A DNA stretch of 64,000 bases from Verrucomicrobiota bacterium (lineage in GTDB: Bacteria > Verrucomicrobiota > Verrucomicrobiia > Opitutales > Coraliomargaritaceae): contig JBCBZJ010000001.1 in assembly GCA_039815375.1 (NCBI GenBank), forward strand, positions 256,001 to 320,000, given 5' to 3'. The stretch's first letter is position 1. Each line of letters opens with the position of its first letter. Positions 63,344 to 64,000 of this stretch are shown one piece after another. The notes below the pieces were generated by a model that did no database searches, was not told the origin of the DNA, and was given only the letters and a program-made list of their open reading frames with translations. Made by a program: the position numbers and the translations under genes.

Positions 63344-64000
63344 ATGAAAATCCTTCTTACCGGCGGATGTGGATTTATTGGTTCCAATTTGGTAAGGCTT
63401 CTTCTTTCTAAGGGGCATGAGATTGCCAATCTAGACAAGCTAACCTACGCAGCTAACTCAGACTGGTTACAGGATCTCGCCGACAATCCGAATTACTCCT
63501 TTCAGCAGGCTGATCTATCAGATTCCAGCTTTCCGCTCTCAGAGTTTATGCTCAAGCATAGTCCTCACGCTGTTATACATCTAGCAGCGGAGAGCCATGT
63601 TGATCGCTCGATAGATAGCCCCAGCGATTTTGTTCAGACGAACGTGCTTGGGACATACCACCTGCTTCAATCGGCTCTGGATTATTGGAAAACTTTGCCT
63701 GAAGAAGAGCTAGACGAAGCTTTGTCTAAAAACATGACTGACTCTCAAAAGAACAGGTATGAATTCCCAATTCGTGATGTTCCCAGTCAGTCAAGTTTTC
63801 GAGTTGTACACGTTTCTACGGATGAAGTATTCGGTAGCCTTCAAAATGGTGATAAATCACTAAGTGAAACGGCTCGGTATGCACCTAGTTCGCCTTATGC
63901 CGCTACTAAAGCCGCAGCAGATCATTTAGCTAAAGCGTGGTATACTACTTATGGCCTCCCGGTTATCGTGACAAACAGTTCGAATAACTATGGCCCTTCG
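63344..64000 (+). CDS. rfbB: dTDP-glucose 4,6-dehydratase (partial, runs off the window)
   Basis: MKILLTGGCGFIGSN, DKLTYA, HLAAESHVDRSID, HVSTDEVFG, PSSPYAATKA, SNNYGP. Confidence 0.93.
   Translation, partial: MKILLTGGCGFIGSNLVRLLLSKGHEIANLDKLTYAANSDWLQDLADNPNYSFQQADLSDSSFPLSEFMLKHSPHAVIHLAAESHVDRSIDSPSDFVQTNVLGTYHLLQSALDYWKTLPEEELDEALSKNMTDSQKNRYEFPIRDVPSQSSFRVVHVSTDEVFGSLQNGDKSLSETARYAPSSPYAATKAAADHLAKAWYTTYGLPVIVTNSSNNYGPS

Overview
64-kb bacterial chromosomal segment, most likely from a Verrucomicrobiota (Opitutia/Puniceicoccales, Coraliomargarita-like) genome. That placement is inferred from gene style (His6-type hisA, C-terminal 'Y-x-x-x-x-S-x-DL-x-x-W...F-[YFI]-R-[IV]' tails, AhpE-like Prx, GbsR before wecA), not from a search. 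Most of the window is housekeeping: tRNA-Pro(GGG), gluQ, a DEAD-box helicase, rsmE, metH, rsmG, def, pdhABC, valS, acnB, hisA and the start of a wecA/rfbB polysaccharide locus. Notable accessory structure: (1) a 13-kb operon of three very large, acidic, signal-peptide-bearing proteins of unknown function (about 1909, 1240 and 1195 aa) with a REP doublet upstream; (2) a four-helix-bundle (IVP/bAvd-like) gene inserted between pdhA and pdhB and bracketed by inverted arrays of 7-nt repeats that could loop the whole ORF out of the mRNA; (3) a probable zinc-starvation locus (two COG0523 GTPases, a variant HisI, a FeoB-like protein without its GTPase, a Cys-tailed flavoprotein, yidD, a stand-alone RibD deaminase) sharing a TGAAAG-N3-CTTTCA palindrome; (4) a single-chain E1alpha-E1beta-lipoyl-E2 2-oxoacid dehydrogenase; (5) an RfaH-type ops/JUMPstart-like element upstream of the polysaccharide operon; (6) an interrupted copy of the tRNA-Pro 3' end that may mark an island boundary. 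All calls come from reading motifs by eye; no database searches were run.
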